A stretch of DNA of 64,000 nucleotides from Callorhinchus milii. Taxonomy: Eukaryota. The stretch spans positions 96,412,001 through 96,476,000 of the forward strand of contig NW_024704742.1 of the NCBI RefSeq assembly GCF_018977255.1, written 5' to 3'. This document shows, in pieces, positions 51,381 through 64,000 of this stretch (the stretch's first letter is position 1; each line of letters starts with the position of its first letter). The notes under the pieces are model-generated. The model was given only the letters and a program-made list of their open reading frames with translations. It searched no databases and was not told the origin of the DNA. The position numbers and the translations under genes were made by a program.

Positions 51381-54300
51381 TCCAGTACATTATGTGCTTT
51401 ATCAGGATTGTGTCTGGCATAGCATGTGGCCTGGGCTGTGCTGATTCCAACCCATATTATTGTTTCTCAATAATCTGCAACTATTTATCCAAATCCAAAA
51501 TGTATCCATGCTGCATGCTCACTCTCTCAGCCAGGCCAAAAGAAATGCGTATCTATTTAAATACACAAATTTAAGCCTTATTGGGGGGGTTCCTTAATTA
51601 ATGAAGACTTCAGTTTTTCTGCCATTTTAATTATTTTGTTTATTAAGATCTACCGCAGCTCTGAAAGGGTTACACAAAGCTGACTAGTTTGAACCAAATT
51701 CCTTTTTTAGCGGGTCCCCTGTCCCATAATAGCCATAAGACATTACAAAACCTAAAATGGCAGATACAGATGTCCTCCAAATATTTATACCTCAGTTATT
51801 CAGTTTGAACAACGTGATCTTCAAACACTGTGTTTTGTTTCAAATAAGAATTTGTGTCTCAGCGGAGATGTGATGTGTCCCCCGACAATCCAGTTTAAGT
51901 TTTTAAGGGAACAAGAGTATGCAATGCAATCGGATACACTGACATTTTGCAACCTTCGGCAACAGAAGCACTTTGAACAGGAAACAGCATTTTCAAAGCT
52001 GAAAGTGTTTGACCATGCTGTCATGGGCAATCTCCATAAATACATTACATCCAGCAGAAAGAGACCTTGTGTAAACAAATCAAGCCATGCAGAAATACTG
52101 CCAAGAAGCTGATCGTCTAAGGCCTCTATGCTGACATTGGATGCAGAGCCAAGTTTTGATGTAGTTTAATGGCTGACCTCCAGTTCCTGACATATTCATT
52201 ATATTCCTGTATGTTGGTCATGGATCTCAGAGAAGGTGATGACAGCTACAAGACAGCCAATGAGGATTATGGACATTTTGGCAACAGGTGGCCTTTTGGC
52301 TGCACTGAAAAGTTAATCTATTTTATCATCAAAGTATATTGCATTTTAGGAATGTAATGTTTCAAGGATTCTGGTTGCAGATCAAAAAAGAGAGGTATTT
52401 GAACACACAACGTGACATTTCTGACTAAAGCTTTCAAGCTGCCTACCATTGTGTGTATGATANTTTTTTCTTGTCAGGGAACAACAGAGCTTTTCATACT
52501 TATTAGCTGGTATGGATGGGCAGTTCCAAAGCAAGTGTCTGCTGTCACACTGTGAGTGGGCAAATACTTGACCTCCAGATTCAAGTTTTACGAGAAGAAA
52601 GAGACAGGACAGCATTTGTCAGGCCCCTTAAGATACCAGTCAACATTCTTAACTCATTCTCAGCTTGCTGCAGTTGTCGCTTGCTATGGATCAAATCCAC
52701 TCTGCTCAAGTGCCGCAGGAAATTTTTCAAGGCAATCAAAAGCTGCAGGGAACATGACAACAAATGATATCTTTGGTGATGAGCGGCTACTTTGAAAGCT
52801 AAACCACTATTCACAAACCCAGTCTGCTAGGACCATAAGAACAGGAGGAGGCCATACAGCCCATCAAATGTGTGCTACCATTTTGTCAGATCATGGGAAA
52901 TCTTTTAATCTAATTTCCTCCATCTTTTCCTGCATTTCTCTTAAAACCCCTACTTCACACGTATGTATGCATCTCCCTTTTAAACCCCCCAACAGATTAC
53001 ATCTCTGTGGCTTTCAGAGTCGGGGCATTCATACCTTTGCAACCATGTGGGTGAGGAAATGCTTTCACCTCACATCTAACTGTGTTAGCTTTAATGGTTC
53101 CCAAAATTGAGGTAAGCGGTAACCACACAGCACTTTCACTTGGGGTTTAGTGCTTCAGGTCACAGGGTTTAAAACATCTCTGTGCAGCATCATTGAAGAT
53201 CCCAACATGCTGGTCAACTACCAACAATGCCTTGAGGCACTGAAAACCTGCCTGGCTTAAACACTACAACCCCAGTGAGGATGATTCCCATTTTATCATC
53301 CTTGAAAAGGCTGAGAAGACTGACAGGTACTAAAACTCAAAAACTTTTGGGCACAAGTCAAGAACTGAGATACCAGTTGGATCAAATCAAAACAACAACA
53401 ACTTGCAATATAAACAACAATTTATATAACACCCTTCAAGCGGGCAACTTGGAGCAAATAGGTTTGGGAATAGCTATTGATGGTGTGTCATGGTTGGATG
53501 AAGCTACACAGTAGCAGTGGTTGAGGTAGAATGCATATAAGCTTTCAAGCGAGAACCAGATAGATAACTAAAACTGAATAATTTGCTAGGGAAAAGTAAA
53601 TAGGACAGAAATGAATTGCTGTTTGAAAGAACCAGCGTAGGCACAATGGACTGAATGGGCTTTTTCTGTGCTGCAAAATTGATTGGCTCTGCACTGGTGG
53701 CTGGCAAAGCAATGGTTCACAGTGAGATTCTTTCCCCATTCTTTAATGGGAAATTCTGCCAGTAAATTAGTGTGTCATGCAGAATCCCTGCTCCAAAGCA
53801 TCACACATAGATTGCAAGGTACCCAAGAGTGGTCCATGACGTATTGACAGATACTGCCGATATTTCTTGTCACCAAGTTTCATGGATGGTAAACCTCATT
53901 ATAAAACTCTGCTTTTTGGCCTCATCGTTATCGTACCCTGGATATCAATTGCATAATAAAACATCTGATCGAACGATTTCCCAGCTGAGCAGCAGTAAAA
54001 GTGGTCAGATTTGATTACTTTTCCATGAGGTGGTTTTATTTGCTGTCTCTCTGCCAGTGTAATCTGAGGGCCATGAGTTGTTGCTTGTACCAAGATCAGC
54101 AATTCTAGCTCTTCATTACACTGTGGCACTGAGCAGTGCCAGCAATATATAAGTTATGTTAAAAGCCACTTGTGGCACTATCGAATACCAAACCCATCAT
54201 TTTAACATTAGTCCCAAGAGACCTCAAGGTAAGACAGCATTCTCTCTCTTCCCACTCCAAGAGTTTTATCCCCTAATTAATTTCTCAATCTTTTTTTAAG

Positions 54301-55059
54301 TTATTGATTGTTCTTTTTCCTTTTCTTTTTATGAAAAAGTTTATCCCCTTTTTAAAAAAAAAGCTTCATACAATGTTTTTAATGGGTATGTCAAATCAGC
54401 ACACACACTGTATCCGGTAGAAATGAAATATCTTAGCTGATTTGTGTGCTGACATTGTTCTCTTTGCTCTCATCCTCACTTTCCCCTTTGGGATCTTAGT
54501 GGGAATATAATGCAATATATGTAGTGTCCTCCTGAGTCCCTTCCACTAGCAAGAATGGCTGATCTGAGGGGGTGAGCAGAAATAGAGTCTATTGCTGTAA
54601 GGAAAAGTATTAGAATTCATTTTTATCTCAGTCCACAGCCTTGAGAACACAGTAGTTCTTCTTGACAGACGACAATAGCTTACATATCCTTTAATGAGAA
54701 AGATTATCAGCAAAAGTCAAATTGGGGCTCAATTTGTGCCATTTATAAGTCCGATTTAAATCTCTAATTGGCCTTTTGTCTACACATCTCCCAACCTCTC
54801 CACTCCACCATGGCATGTCTTCAGCCTCTACAACCCCTCAGAAACTCCCATCCTCAATCCCCCCACCTTGCTCCCTCTTTGCCCAAGTTCAAATTGCACG
54901 GGTAGAAGCCACCTTTGCCTGTCTTCAAATCGTACCTTTCCTCTTTGATCGTATCCATGGTCACCTCCATTTTCTTGCCAGTTTGGGTCAAAGTCTGCCA
55001 TTGTTCAAAGAGTGAACAGGGTGAAAGGTGCTACATAAATGCAAGTTGTTGTTGTTGAT

Positions 55060-55385
55060 AGGCTTGAGGAGCCTGATATGGAGCAGGACATGGGCTGCAG
55101 AGGTCTAGATAGGATAGTCTGTAGCTTGTTATAGGGTAGAGCTAGGGAGTCTGGCAAGTGAACCTTAATAAAGTCAAGCCTGAATGTGATGTGGAAGAGT
55201 GGATGAAGACCTTGGCGGCCTGAGGGCAGACATTTAGGCAGAAGCGGGCAATGTTGCGGAAGTGAGGGAAATCTGAGCACAGACGTGAGGTTTAATTGAC
55301 AGTTGGAGGTCAAACAAGAGACCGAGGTTGGGAGCACCAGCTTCACAAGGTGAAATGAGCACCCGTGCAGGTTGATACTGTCAGT
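55060..55385 (-). mobile_element. Degenerate L2 fragment
   Basis: Aligns by eye to 62390-62690. Confidence 0.75.
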
Positions 55386-57099
55386 GCAACAAGATTTCAA
55401 AGAGACATAGTTTCGAGTGCAGCAACAAATGCAGAACAATTAGGAGTAAATGTCATGTCATGGTAACGGACTGCTCTTTGATTCAGAGTGCATGTATCAG
55501 GCATTTCTTAGCCCAGTAGCAGTGGCTTGACTTTGAAACCATTCGTTCCGATACGTTACTGAGAGCCACTGCAATGTCGCCCTGCTAAATATCAATGACA
55601 ACAAAATCAGTCACCAACCAACCAACCAACACTTGGTGACATTGTTGTCTTGCAAAACACTTATGTTTGATCATCCAGACGATGCAATGAGTTTCTTGAT
55701 AATGGAATATATTACATATATATATATATATATAAATAAATTAACAATCTAGTTAAGATGAGATTTGTTCTCCTCACATTCTTCTGAATTCCCTTAAAGA
55801 AACTGAGAAGATAAAAGAAATGCTTTACTCACCACAGGGATCTTCCCACGAGACGCCTTCTGCTATAGAACCAATTCTTTGAGTTAATTATTGCTATCAG
55901 ATTGTGCGTCTTTTCAAAATGAAGTTCAATTTTTACATTATAATGGCCCGAACCACAGTTCTTTGTGAATTTCAGTAGAAGTCTGCAATCAGTAACCTGC
56001 CTCTGATTTGTCCTGGTCAAATGAGTGCATTGGTACCTTCTTAAAGGAGACGTCCTTAGCATTTTTGTAACAGACCATTTAATTCATTCAACAGTAGTCG
56101 CTGCCAAGTACAAGGTGCCTTTAACTGGCTTCATGTAAAGCAGGTCTCATTTACCTACAAAACTCACAATCACTACACCCTTACAATATATCCTGTGAAG
56201 TTCTTTGAGTCATCCTCCCGGTGTAAAAGGCACTGCATAATACGTAAGGATTATCTTGTCTACAAAAAAGTGTTTTCCAATGAGGACATTAATGCAGCTT
56301 TCTTTAAAAAAAATGCAGCCTTGGAAAGTCCGCGCGCTGAAAGGTTTGTTAGTAAGTCGCCGGGATCATGAGACAATCTGTATGAGCTGATTGATGGGAG
56401 TCTGGGGCTCTCCCACTGGAGCTAGTAGCTGCACTAATTACACAGCAATGTCTAATTCAGTTCACAGCAGTTCACTGAGACTGAATCTGTCAGTATAAAT
56501 TAGGAACACAGTGAACATAATGTTCTGCTTTGAATATTTATTCATAAGCATTTGACTTCAGTTCAAAATTTCACACTAATCTGAATATTAGTTTAAACTC
56601 GCCTACTTTAAATGTTAACATTACATTTTCCCCATGATAGCTATTGGAAAAATCAATGATAGCGAGAAAATATAAACCTCTAGAAAAGCTGTGCTTCAAA
56701 TTGATTTTGCTTGAATTAAATAACAATGCACCAACATGTCATGGTCTGGTTACCTTTATGGGTCACAGCAATTACCTCAAGGCTTGGGCGAGGGCTCCAT
56801 TCAGTGCTGGTGATAATCCAGTTTAGGCATCAGTGCCTGTGGCATTACAGAGGTTTTGGTTCATTTGTGTCTGTCCAACTACAATGTCAAAGGTGACCAA
56901 TTCCAGCGATCCATGACCAGTGTTGTGGTTAAAAAAATAAGGCAGGAATTTTTTGCTCAGGACTGCTATCCATTACCCACTGCTTCAAGTAGACACGAGT
57001 GAACACCTGAAGCCCGAAATTTCTCTCAGTCGTAGGTTCAAGCCCATTGTCATAAAATTTAAGTCATGCAGAATTTGGGAAAATTTGTAAATAATAGAA

Positions 57100-57925
57100 A
57101 CGTAGAAGCATAGAAATTGGATATTGTTTACCCTAACAAAACATCTCAAGATTTTGTACACCTCAATCGGGTCCCCCCTCTGCTCCAATGAAAACAGACT
57201 CAGCCTCTCAAATCTCTCCTCCTAATTATGGTCCTTCATACTGGAATCATTCTCATAAACTCTTCTGCACCCCCTCCAATACCCTAACATCTTTCCTATG
57301 AGCTGCCCAGAACTGAACACAATGCTCCAGTTGTGACCTAACCCAGCTTAAAAATCCAGTACACTGCATGCCTTCTTTACAGCCTTTGTCACTAATGATG
57401 CCCTTCCATAGGTACCTGCTCTCCCAAATATCTTTATTCCTCAGCTCCTGGCAAGATGCTGCCATTCAATATATTCAATACTCCCTTCCCACCAAAATAA
57501 ATCGGCTCACATGTCGCTTCATTTAACCTCATCTGCCACTGATCAGCCCATTGTGCTAACCTGTTTAAATCCTCTTGCCTCATCACTAATCACTATGCTT
57601 CTTGGCTTGGTATCATCCACAAACTTTGATACTGTATCCCCACATCCAAACTGAGGCCATTGATATAAATGGAAAAATGGAGAGACCCAAGCAGGTGACA
57701 TGCCACAAGCTACTTTCCTCCAATGAGAAAAACAACTTTTCAGCCCTACTCTCTGCTTTCTGTCCTTCAACCACCCTTCTATCTATACTGTCATATTTCT
57801 CTTTGTTCAATGTGCCCTAAGTTTCTTCACCAATCTTCCATGCAGCACCTTAACAATACCTTTTTATGAAATCCAAATATACTACATCCATAGAATTACC
57901 TTCATCTACATTTGAGGTTACCAAT
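57100..57925 (-). mobile_element. Degenerate CR1 LINE RT fragment
   Basis: DRKQRVGL, SKFVDDTK, VRSQLEHCVQFWA, LEGVQK and RGDPIEVYKILR. Confidence 0.88.
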
Positions 57926-57980
57926 TTATTTTAAAAAAACAGAAAACAAGCTTCCAAATTAATAATTTTCCCAAATTCTG

Positions 57981-58200
57981 TAATAATAACCTTTGCATTT
58001 GTTATAGCGCCTTATATCTTTGAGACTATAAAGTGAATTGACTGTACATTTTGTGGGCGAATCGCAGAGGCCAATTGTGCACAGCAGTGTCCCACAAACA
58101 GTGAAGGATATAGTGACCAAATTATTATTATTGTTATTTCATTATTTTGAAGGGATCATTATCCCCAGGAAATGCAATCTGTTAATCCACTCAAAAATTG
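57981..58200 (-). mobile_element. 5'-truncated long-form tRNA-Ala SINE
   Basis: Tail and body present, head absent. Confidence 0.85.
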
Positions 58201-58924
58201 TGCAGCATTAATCGAGGTTAATGCTGTACAATTTTAAAATTTTTCTTAAAACGAAAAGCTTGAGAAATTTTGGGTCCCAGGTATGGAGATGAGGCTTGCT
58301 GATGCTCACTATGTGGCCTCACATATGTTGAATGGCCACTTCCTTGGATGAAATATGAGACTTACTAACACGTGAGATGGAGGGATAATAGGGGAAAATT
58401 GGAAAAGCAAGAAATAATAACTCCTGGCATGTTCTGCATTGTACATGTTGGAAAATAATAGCAATGCAGTAATAATTAAGTTTAATAAATGTATAATAGT
58501 GCAAAATACAGTTTGCAGTAATTATTAATGGAAATCCTTAAGAAATCTAAATTGAGCAAATAGGAACTCCATCTGGAAAATGGAAGTCTATTTTCCCAAT
58601 ACACAGGAATGTTACTCCAGTGCAAACTACTTCCAAAATGAGTCCCAGGGAAATCTTAAAAGATTCTTTATTTGGAAATCATTGGAGAGAGATTCTACCT
58701 CTAGAGTTACTCTAGTTATGTAACATTTTGGAACATGCAAATACCGCCTTAATTTTGGAGCTTTAAGAACTACAGAAAACTGATTTTAAAATTAAGACTG
58801 AATTCAGCAATTTTGCAATTTCTGGACACTCTAAATATACTTAAAAAATAAAGTAAATCCAATCATTCTTTCCCTATCAGTTCCGACCAGTATCCCAAAT
58901 TAGATCCCATATGCCAATACAGAT

Positions 58925-59240
58925 AAATAATAATAATAATCCTTGCATTTGATATAGCGCATTATCACGTCTTCTAGACGTCTCAAAGCGCTTCACAGAA
59001 TATACTGTAAAGTGTAGTGACTTTATATTTTGTGGGCGAAACGTGGCAGCCAATTGCACACAACAGTGAGTGTCCCACAAACAGTCACGGATTGAAGTGA
59101 CCAAATTATTTTTTTTGTTGCGGGATTATTACCAGGCGTGTGGAGTAAGGAAACTTGCCCAAGGTTTCGCCCTGCTGGGAATCTAACCCAGGTCTCTCAT
59201 TTGCAAGGCGAGCACTCTAACCACTAAGCTACAGGGTTAC
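58925..59240 (-). mobile_element. tRNA-Ala SINE lacking the internal segment but with a long-form-type tail
   Basis: Head and body present; the tail reads GAGACGTCTAGAAGACGTGATAATGCGC on the minus strand. Confidence 0.93.
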
Positions 59241-59544
59241 CAGAGTAATGGAGCTACACTTACAGACACCTCTTTTTCAACAAATATGGATGATGCCATT
59301 CTTCTGAGCAAAGTTATTTTCAGTGAAAATAGTTATGTTCAGGGTTAATACATGAAATAGATTCCGGCAAATTTAAATGATGATTTAAATATGCCGGAAT
59401 AAATCTATTTATATAGAAAATAATTCTATTTTCAAAATGAGCAAAACATCTGAACTTTTCATTACTTTTAAAACTTATTTGTTCAACAGTTACTTTCTCT
59501 TATATAATGCCATTCACATTGCACAACTTCTCAAAGTGCTTCAT

Positions 59545-59806
59545 TTTCTTGTCATGTTTGATCCTCAACTATCCTTTCTCATCCACATCTATGCCATGAC
59601 CCGCTCTGCCTTCCTCCACCTCTGCAACAGCGCCCGGCTCCGCCACTGTCTCACACCGAAGGCCACCGAGACCCTCATATAGGCTCTCATTACATCCAGG
59701 CTCATCTAACAAACTGCCTGCTTGTCGACCTCCCCAACTCTTCACTCCTTAGGCTGCAAATCATCCAGAACTAACTCTGCAGCTCGTGTCCTCTCCTGCA
59801 CCAGGC
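59545..59806 (+). mobile_element. L2 fragment
   Basis: FDPQLSFLIHI..RSAFLHL.N.ARLRHCLTP.ATETLI. Confidence 0.88.
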
Positions 59807-59807
<1 letters not shown>

Positions 59808-59837
<30 letters not shown>

Positions 59838-59838
59838 T
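59808..59838. repeat. (TTTA)n microsatellite
   Basis: Direct inspection. Confidence 0.9.
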
Positions 59839-61029
59839 AGAATACCACCATACCTTCTGATATTTCACCAGCCTTTACCAAACATATTATAATAACATAT
59901 TAATAATAATATCCTGTCCATTTGCTTTACAGTTGATAAACAATAATAATAATAATAATAATATTAATATAATTCTGGAAAGGGAAACAAATTAAAAATA
60001 CCTTTGACTAAAGTACACTTTTCTTTCACGATCTGAACCTTCATTTTATTTCCAACAATTCTTAAGTTTTTCACTAAAGGCTGAGATCAGTCAAAGCTGA
60101 ATAATAAAACACTATAAATGCCCGGAAAATCTTGACTTAATCCCGGACATTTTATATATCTGTTCAAATGCAGATGTCTCTCCATCTTCGTCAGCAAGTG
60201 TTCTACAAACTATAGGTTACTGCACATACTGTTGTGATGGTTAAAACACATACAATTGTTTGATTTTTTTGCAATAGAAAAAAAGAACAATCCCAGCAAG
60301 ATCTATGAAGAGGATAGCTGGAGTCACCCACAGGAAACCACCCAATCCACGTTATGTTAAGTCATGTAAAGTGGAGTTCACGACTCTGACTCGGGGAAAT
60401 AATCCGGTGAACTTGAAAGCTTCCAGCTTTTCAAAAGAAAGTCTCTCTTAGCTTTGGGCCTCACCCACTTATTATGAGTTATCGTTGCACTTTAACATTA
60501 GTACAAGAACCAAGATGTATATAAATCAGCTCTACTCTATTACAGTGTCATCAGTAGCCAAGCTAAAAAATGTTCACACGTCTGTGAATATGATTAATGT
60601 TCATGTCACTTTCCTGTAGATATAGAAGAAATCTGTTGAAAGTGATCAGTGGGACAGTGGCCACATGTCGCTGTACATTCAAACACTACCACAGCACAAG
60701 ACCTCCAGGTTTTCTGGAAGCAAAATGCATGTATGAGTCTTCATTTATACATGAAATGAAATAAACCAATGGAGAATTTGTTTCGAGTTCAGAAAGTACT
60801 GATGTTTGAGAGTTCCTTTAATGCTTAAGTGAGTGCCGTCCCAAATTCATAATGAAAAATTAACTAGGAAAAGTTTGCCTATTACTAGAGAGAAGTACAC
60901 CTTGGATGGTCAGTAGCAACAGAAGTTCAATATAAATAAATGCAAGGTTTCTGAGTATTTATAAATAGAGTATTTATTTTGTAGGTAGGCTAGAATTTGT
61001 TCAGGGGGAAGTTGAAATGGACCTAGGGG

Positions 61030-61805
61030 TGTTAGTTAACCATGTTCAATCAAAATGAGATGGCAATAATCAAGTGAACCGAATGTTAGATCAGTATTAC
61101 CAAATCAATTGAATTCAGATATTCAGAAGTCATGCTCAAGCTGTGTCATGTTTATCAGGTCACATCTGGAGTACTGCGTTATAGTTGTGTTCTAACTGTT
61201 ATAACTACAGTTGTTGTGACATAAGAAGTGCTTCAGCACTTTGGGACATCCTCCCGACGTGAAAAGTGCTCTATAAATGTAATTTTGTTGTTGTTGATAA
61301 GGCAGTTTCTTAGGCTGTAAAAGCAATACAGAGGAAGGCAAAACAGCTGTTCCCAGTTTTAGAGACATGAACAATGAGGAACAAATAAATAAACCAGGGG
61401 TTTTCAACCTCAAAATAGACATTGGTGTATCTATCTGATGCTAAAATAGATGATACTAAATGATAGAGGAAGTAAATACTGCACAAAACATTGTTTTCGG
61501 ATACACAAAAGTAAAGTGCTCAAGTGCAGGGTTGGTAATATAAGTTCAGAACAGATACCTGGATATATTTCTTTGCAGAAAGGGTAAACAATAGATGGAA
61601 CAGATTACGAGGAAGAGTGGAAGACTCATTTAATAAATGAGTAGATATAATGCACTATAATAATTTACATTTACATAGCATCTTTTATGATTGGAGGACA
61701 TCGGGAGTAGATGCTGTGATAGGAATTGTAGGGTGATGGTAGGGTTAGTGTTCTGGAAGGATGAGATGAAACAAGCCTTCTTTATCCAAACCTCTCTTGT
61801 AATCA
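61030..61805 (+). mobile_element. Degenerate CR1 fragment interrupted by an L2 tail (~61230-61297)
   Basis: CACATCTGGAGTACTGCGT (HLEYC) and a CR1-like 3' region; the insert reads CACTTTGGGACATCCTCCCGACGTGAAAAG..(GTT)n. Confidence 0.7.
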
Positions 61806-62269
61806 TGTGAAATGCAATGCCTAAATTAATTATTCGGAAAGCGACTCAACAATGCAGTGCAGCAGCGTGTATAATAGCAATAGAGTGTGTGCAAATAGAA
61901 TTGATAGATATTAGGTAATAATCAGTTTTTGACCAGATTGTTTCTATTACACTCTTATACCATTTCTCTACCGGCCTACCTTCCTTCAGTCAGCAGCTTG
62001 GTTCATGTTCAATCACAGATGAATTTAGAGTCGATGTCAACACCGCTTTGTGCTGCACAACAGGAATGCTTTGGGGGGCACAACAGCTCTCCACTCTCAT
62101 CGATCCCGATTTAGAGGCCTACATCAGTGGTCTGACAAATAGTAAGCCTGACCAGAGAGACCTGCCTAAAGGCCCACATTCCAGTAGGTTTTCTGGATTA
62201 GTCTTAGATTGTAACTGTAAGGTCCCTAAGAAGCTTCATGATAGATTCCAAGCACTGGACACTTTGGTC

Positions 62270-62965
62270 CAGTTAAATGATAGTTTGGTCTAAAGCATGA
62301 TCTTGAACTGTATCCTCTGAGTGATGGGAAGCCAGTGGATGGAGTCGGGTGAGGATGGGGATGATTGGGTCATGGAGCTTGGTGAGGGAAAGGACATGGG
62401 CTACAGAGTTCTGGATGATCTGCAGCCTATGGAGGGAGGAGTTGGGGAGGCCGTCAAGCAAGGACTTTGCCTAGTCAAGTCTTGATGTTATGAATGCACG
62501 TATGAGGGTTTCGGAGGCCTGCGGTGTGAGACAGTGCTGGAGCCGGGCAATGTTGCGGAAGTGGGGGAAGGCAGAGCAGGTCATTGTGCAGATGTGGGGT
62601 AGAAAAGATAGTTGAGGGTCAAACAAGATGCCAGTGTTCCAGACTGGCTTAGCAAGGTGGCGTGTGTGTCCTTGGCTGGTGATGCTGTCAGCACCTGAGG
62701 TGAGGAGGCGCTGATGGGAGCCAATCAGGAGGGCCTCGGTCTTGCTGATACTCAACTGAAGAAAGTTAGCTCTCATCCAGGACTTGATGTCTGACAGACA
62801 TTTTGTCAGGACAGAGGTGGCCCTGGAGTCAAGGGTGGAGACAGAGAGCAAGAGTTGGGTGTCATCTGCATACATGTGGAAGTTGACCCCATGTCTGCGG
62901 ATGATGTCACCAAGAGGGAGCATATAGATATTGAAGAGGAGGGAAGCAAGGACAGAGCCCTGAAG
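62270..62965 (-). mobile_element. L2 LINE RT fragment
   Basis: [47 protein letters not shown]. Confidence 0.93.
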
Positions 62966-63032
62966 AACTCACTTAAACAATAATCTTAATTGAAATGGGA
63001 CAGTAGATAAGGAAAGGTCAATTACATTAATT

Positions 63033-63555
63033 CCAAAACTCTGCAGCTCGTGTGCTCTCATGCACCAGGCTCCGTGACCCCATCACTCCCACCTTCACCC
63101 GACTCCACTGGCTCCCCATGCCCCAGAGGATCGAGTTCAAGATCCTCGTCCTCACCTTTAAGGCCATCCATGGCCTTGTCCCCTCCTACCTCTCTGACCT
63201 GCTGGCTCCCTACCAACCTGCCCGCTCCCTCCGTTCAGCGGGCTCCGGTCTGCTCCATGTCTCCCCCCCGACTCGCCCTACCATCGGTTGCCGGGCTTTC
63301 AGCCTCTCTGCCCTCACACTTTGGAATTCCATCCCACGGTCCCTTCGCCTCGCTTCCTCCCTTGCTTCCTTCAAGGCCGGTCTCAAGACCCTTCTCTTCG
63401 ACCGTGCCTTTGGTCTCCCTCCCACCTCTCTGCCTTCTCTCACCCCTACACCACCCCTCCCCCATGCTCGGGCCCCAACAGCTGACTGATCAGCGCTTTG
63501 GGAAGTCCTCCCGACGTGAAAGCGTTCTATAAATGTAATTTTGTTGTTGTTGTTG
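63033..63555 (+). mobile_element. L2 LINE 3' end
   Basis: [37 protein letters not shown]; tail GTCCTCCCGACGTGAAAG..(GTT)n. Confidence 0.95.
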
Positions 63556-63809
63556 TATTAATTAACTATCATTTTTGCCATGATCTGATTTTCAAAGGTG
63601 AATGGGACAAAAATAAACATAATGCAGAGATATAAATCTCCCAGAGAAATATGTAGTTACCTATAAAAACAGACACATTGTAACCTTAAATTTCAATAAA
63701 GGAAGCCTAAATGTTAAATTTAATTCAATATCAAAGCAATTTACAGCTTAGAATGCTATTTGGCTCATTGTGCCTATGCAGTTCTTTGAAAGAGCAATCC
63801 ATTCTTTTA

Positions 63810-64000
63810 GGAGTCCTGTAGCTCAGTGGTTAGAGCACTCGCTTTGCAAGTGAGAGATCTGAGTTCAATTCCAGGCAGGGCGAAACCTTGGGCAAGTTTC
63901 CTTACTCCACACGCCTAATAATAATCCCTCCAAAACCAAAAACAATAATAAATTGGTCATTTTCAATCTACGACTGTTTGTAGGACATTGTGTTCTGTGA
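63810..64000 (+). mobile_element. tRNA-Ala SINE, short form, runs off the end of the window
   Basis: Head GGAGTCCTGTAGCTCAGTGGTTAGAGC and body. Confidence 0.93.

Noticed and set aside
1..64000. CRISPR array, operon or prokaryotic defence system
   Set aside because: No regularly spaced repeat-spacer array and no gene-dense region. The sequence is vertebrate-type and dominated by SINEs and LINEs.

Overview
Repeat-rich eukaryotic (vertebrate) non-coding DNA. The repeat content suggests a cartilaginous fish, possibly a chimaera such as Callorhinchus; this is inferred, not verified. I recognised no intact host gene, tRNA/rRNA gene or CRISPR array, and almost all entries in the ORF track are spurious or retroelement-derived. 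Main contents: (1) An intronless, 5'-truncated retrocopy of RPAP2 at ~15.9-17.7 kb. It is interrupted by an antisense SINE plus a 29-bp duplication and followed by a sense SINE. Its last 349 codons are still open and are fused in frame to a SINE-derived, signal-peptide-like N-terminus. (2) About 17 copies of a tRNA-Ala-headed SINE in long and short forms, whose 3' stem-loop is shared with the L2 LINEs in the window. (3) Many L2 and CR1 LINE fragments and older Deu-domain-like SINEs. (4) Two Penelope-like terminal fragments carrying minimal hammerhead-ribozyme motifs. (5) A Tigger/pogo-like MITE and several isolated fold-back hairpins. All alignments were done by eye, and the boundaries of degenerate repeats are approximate.
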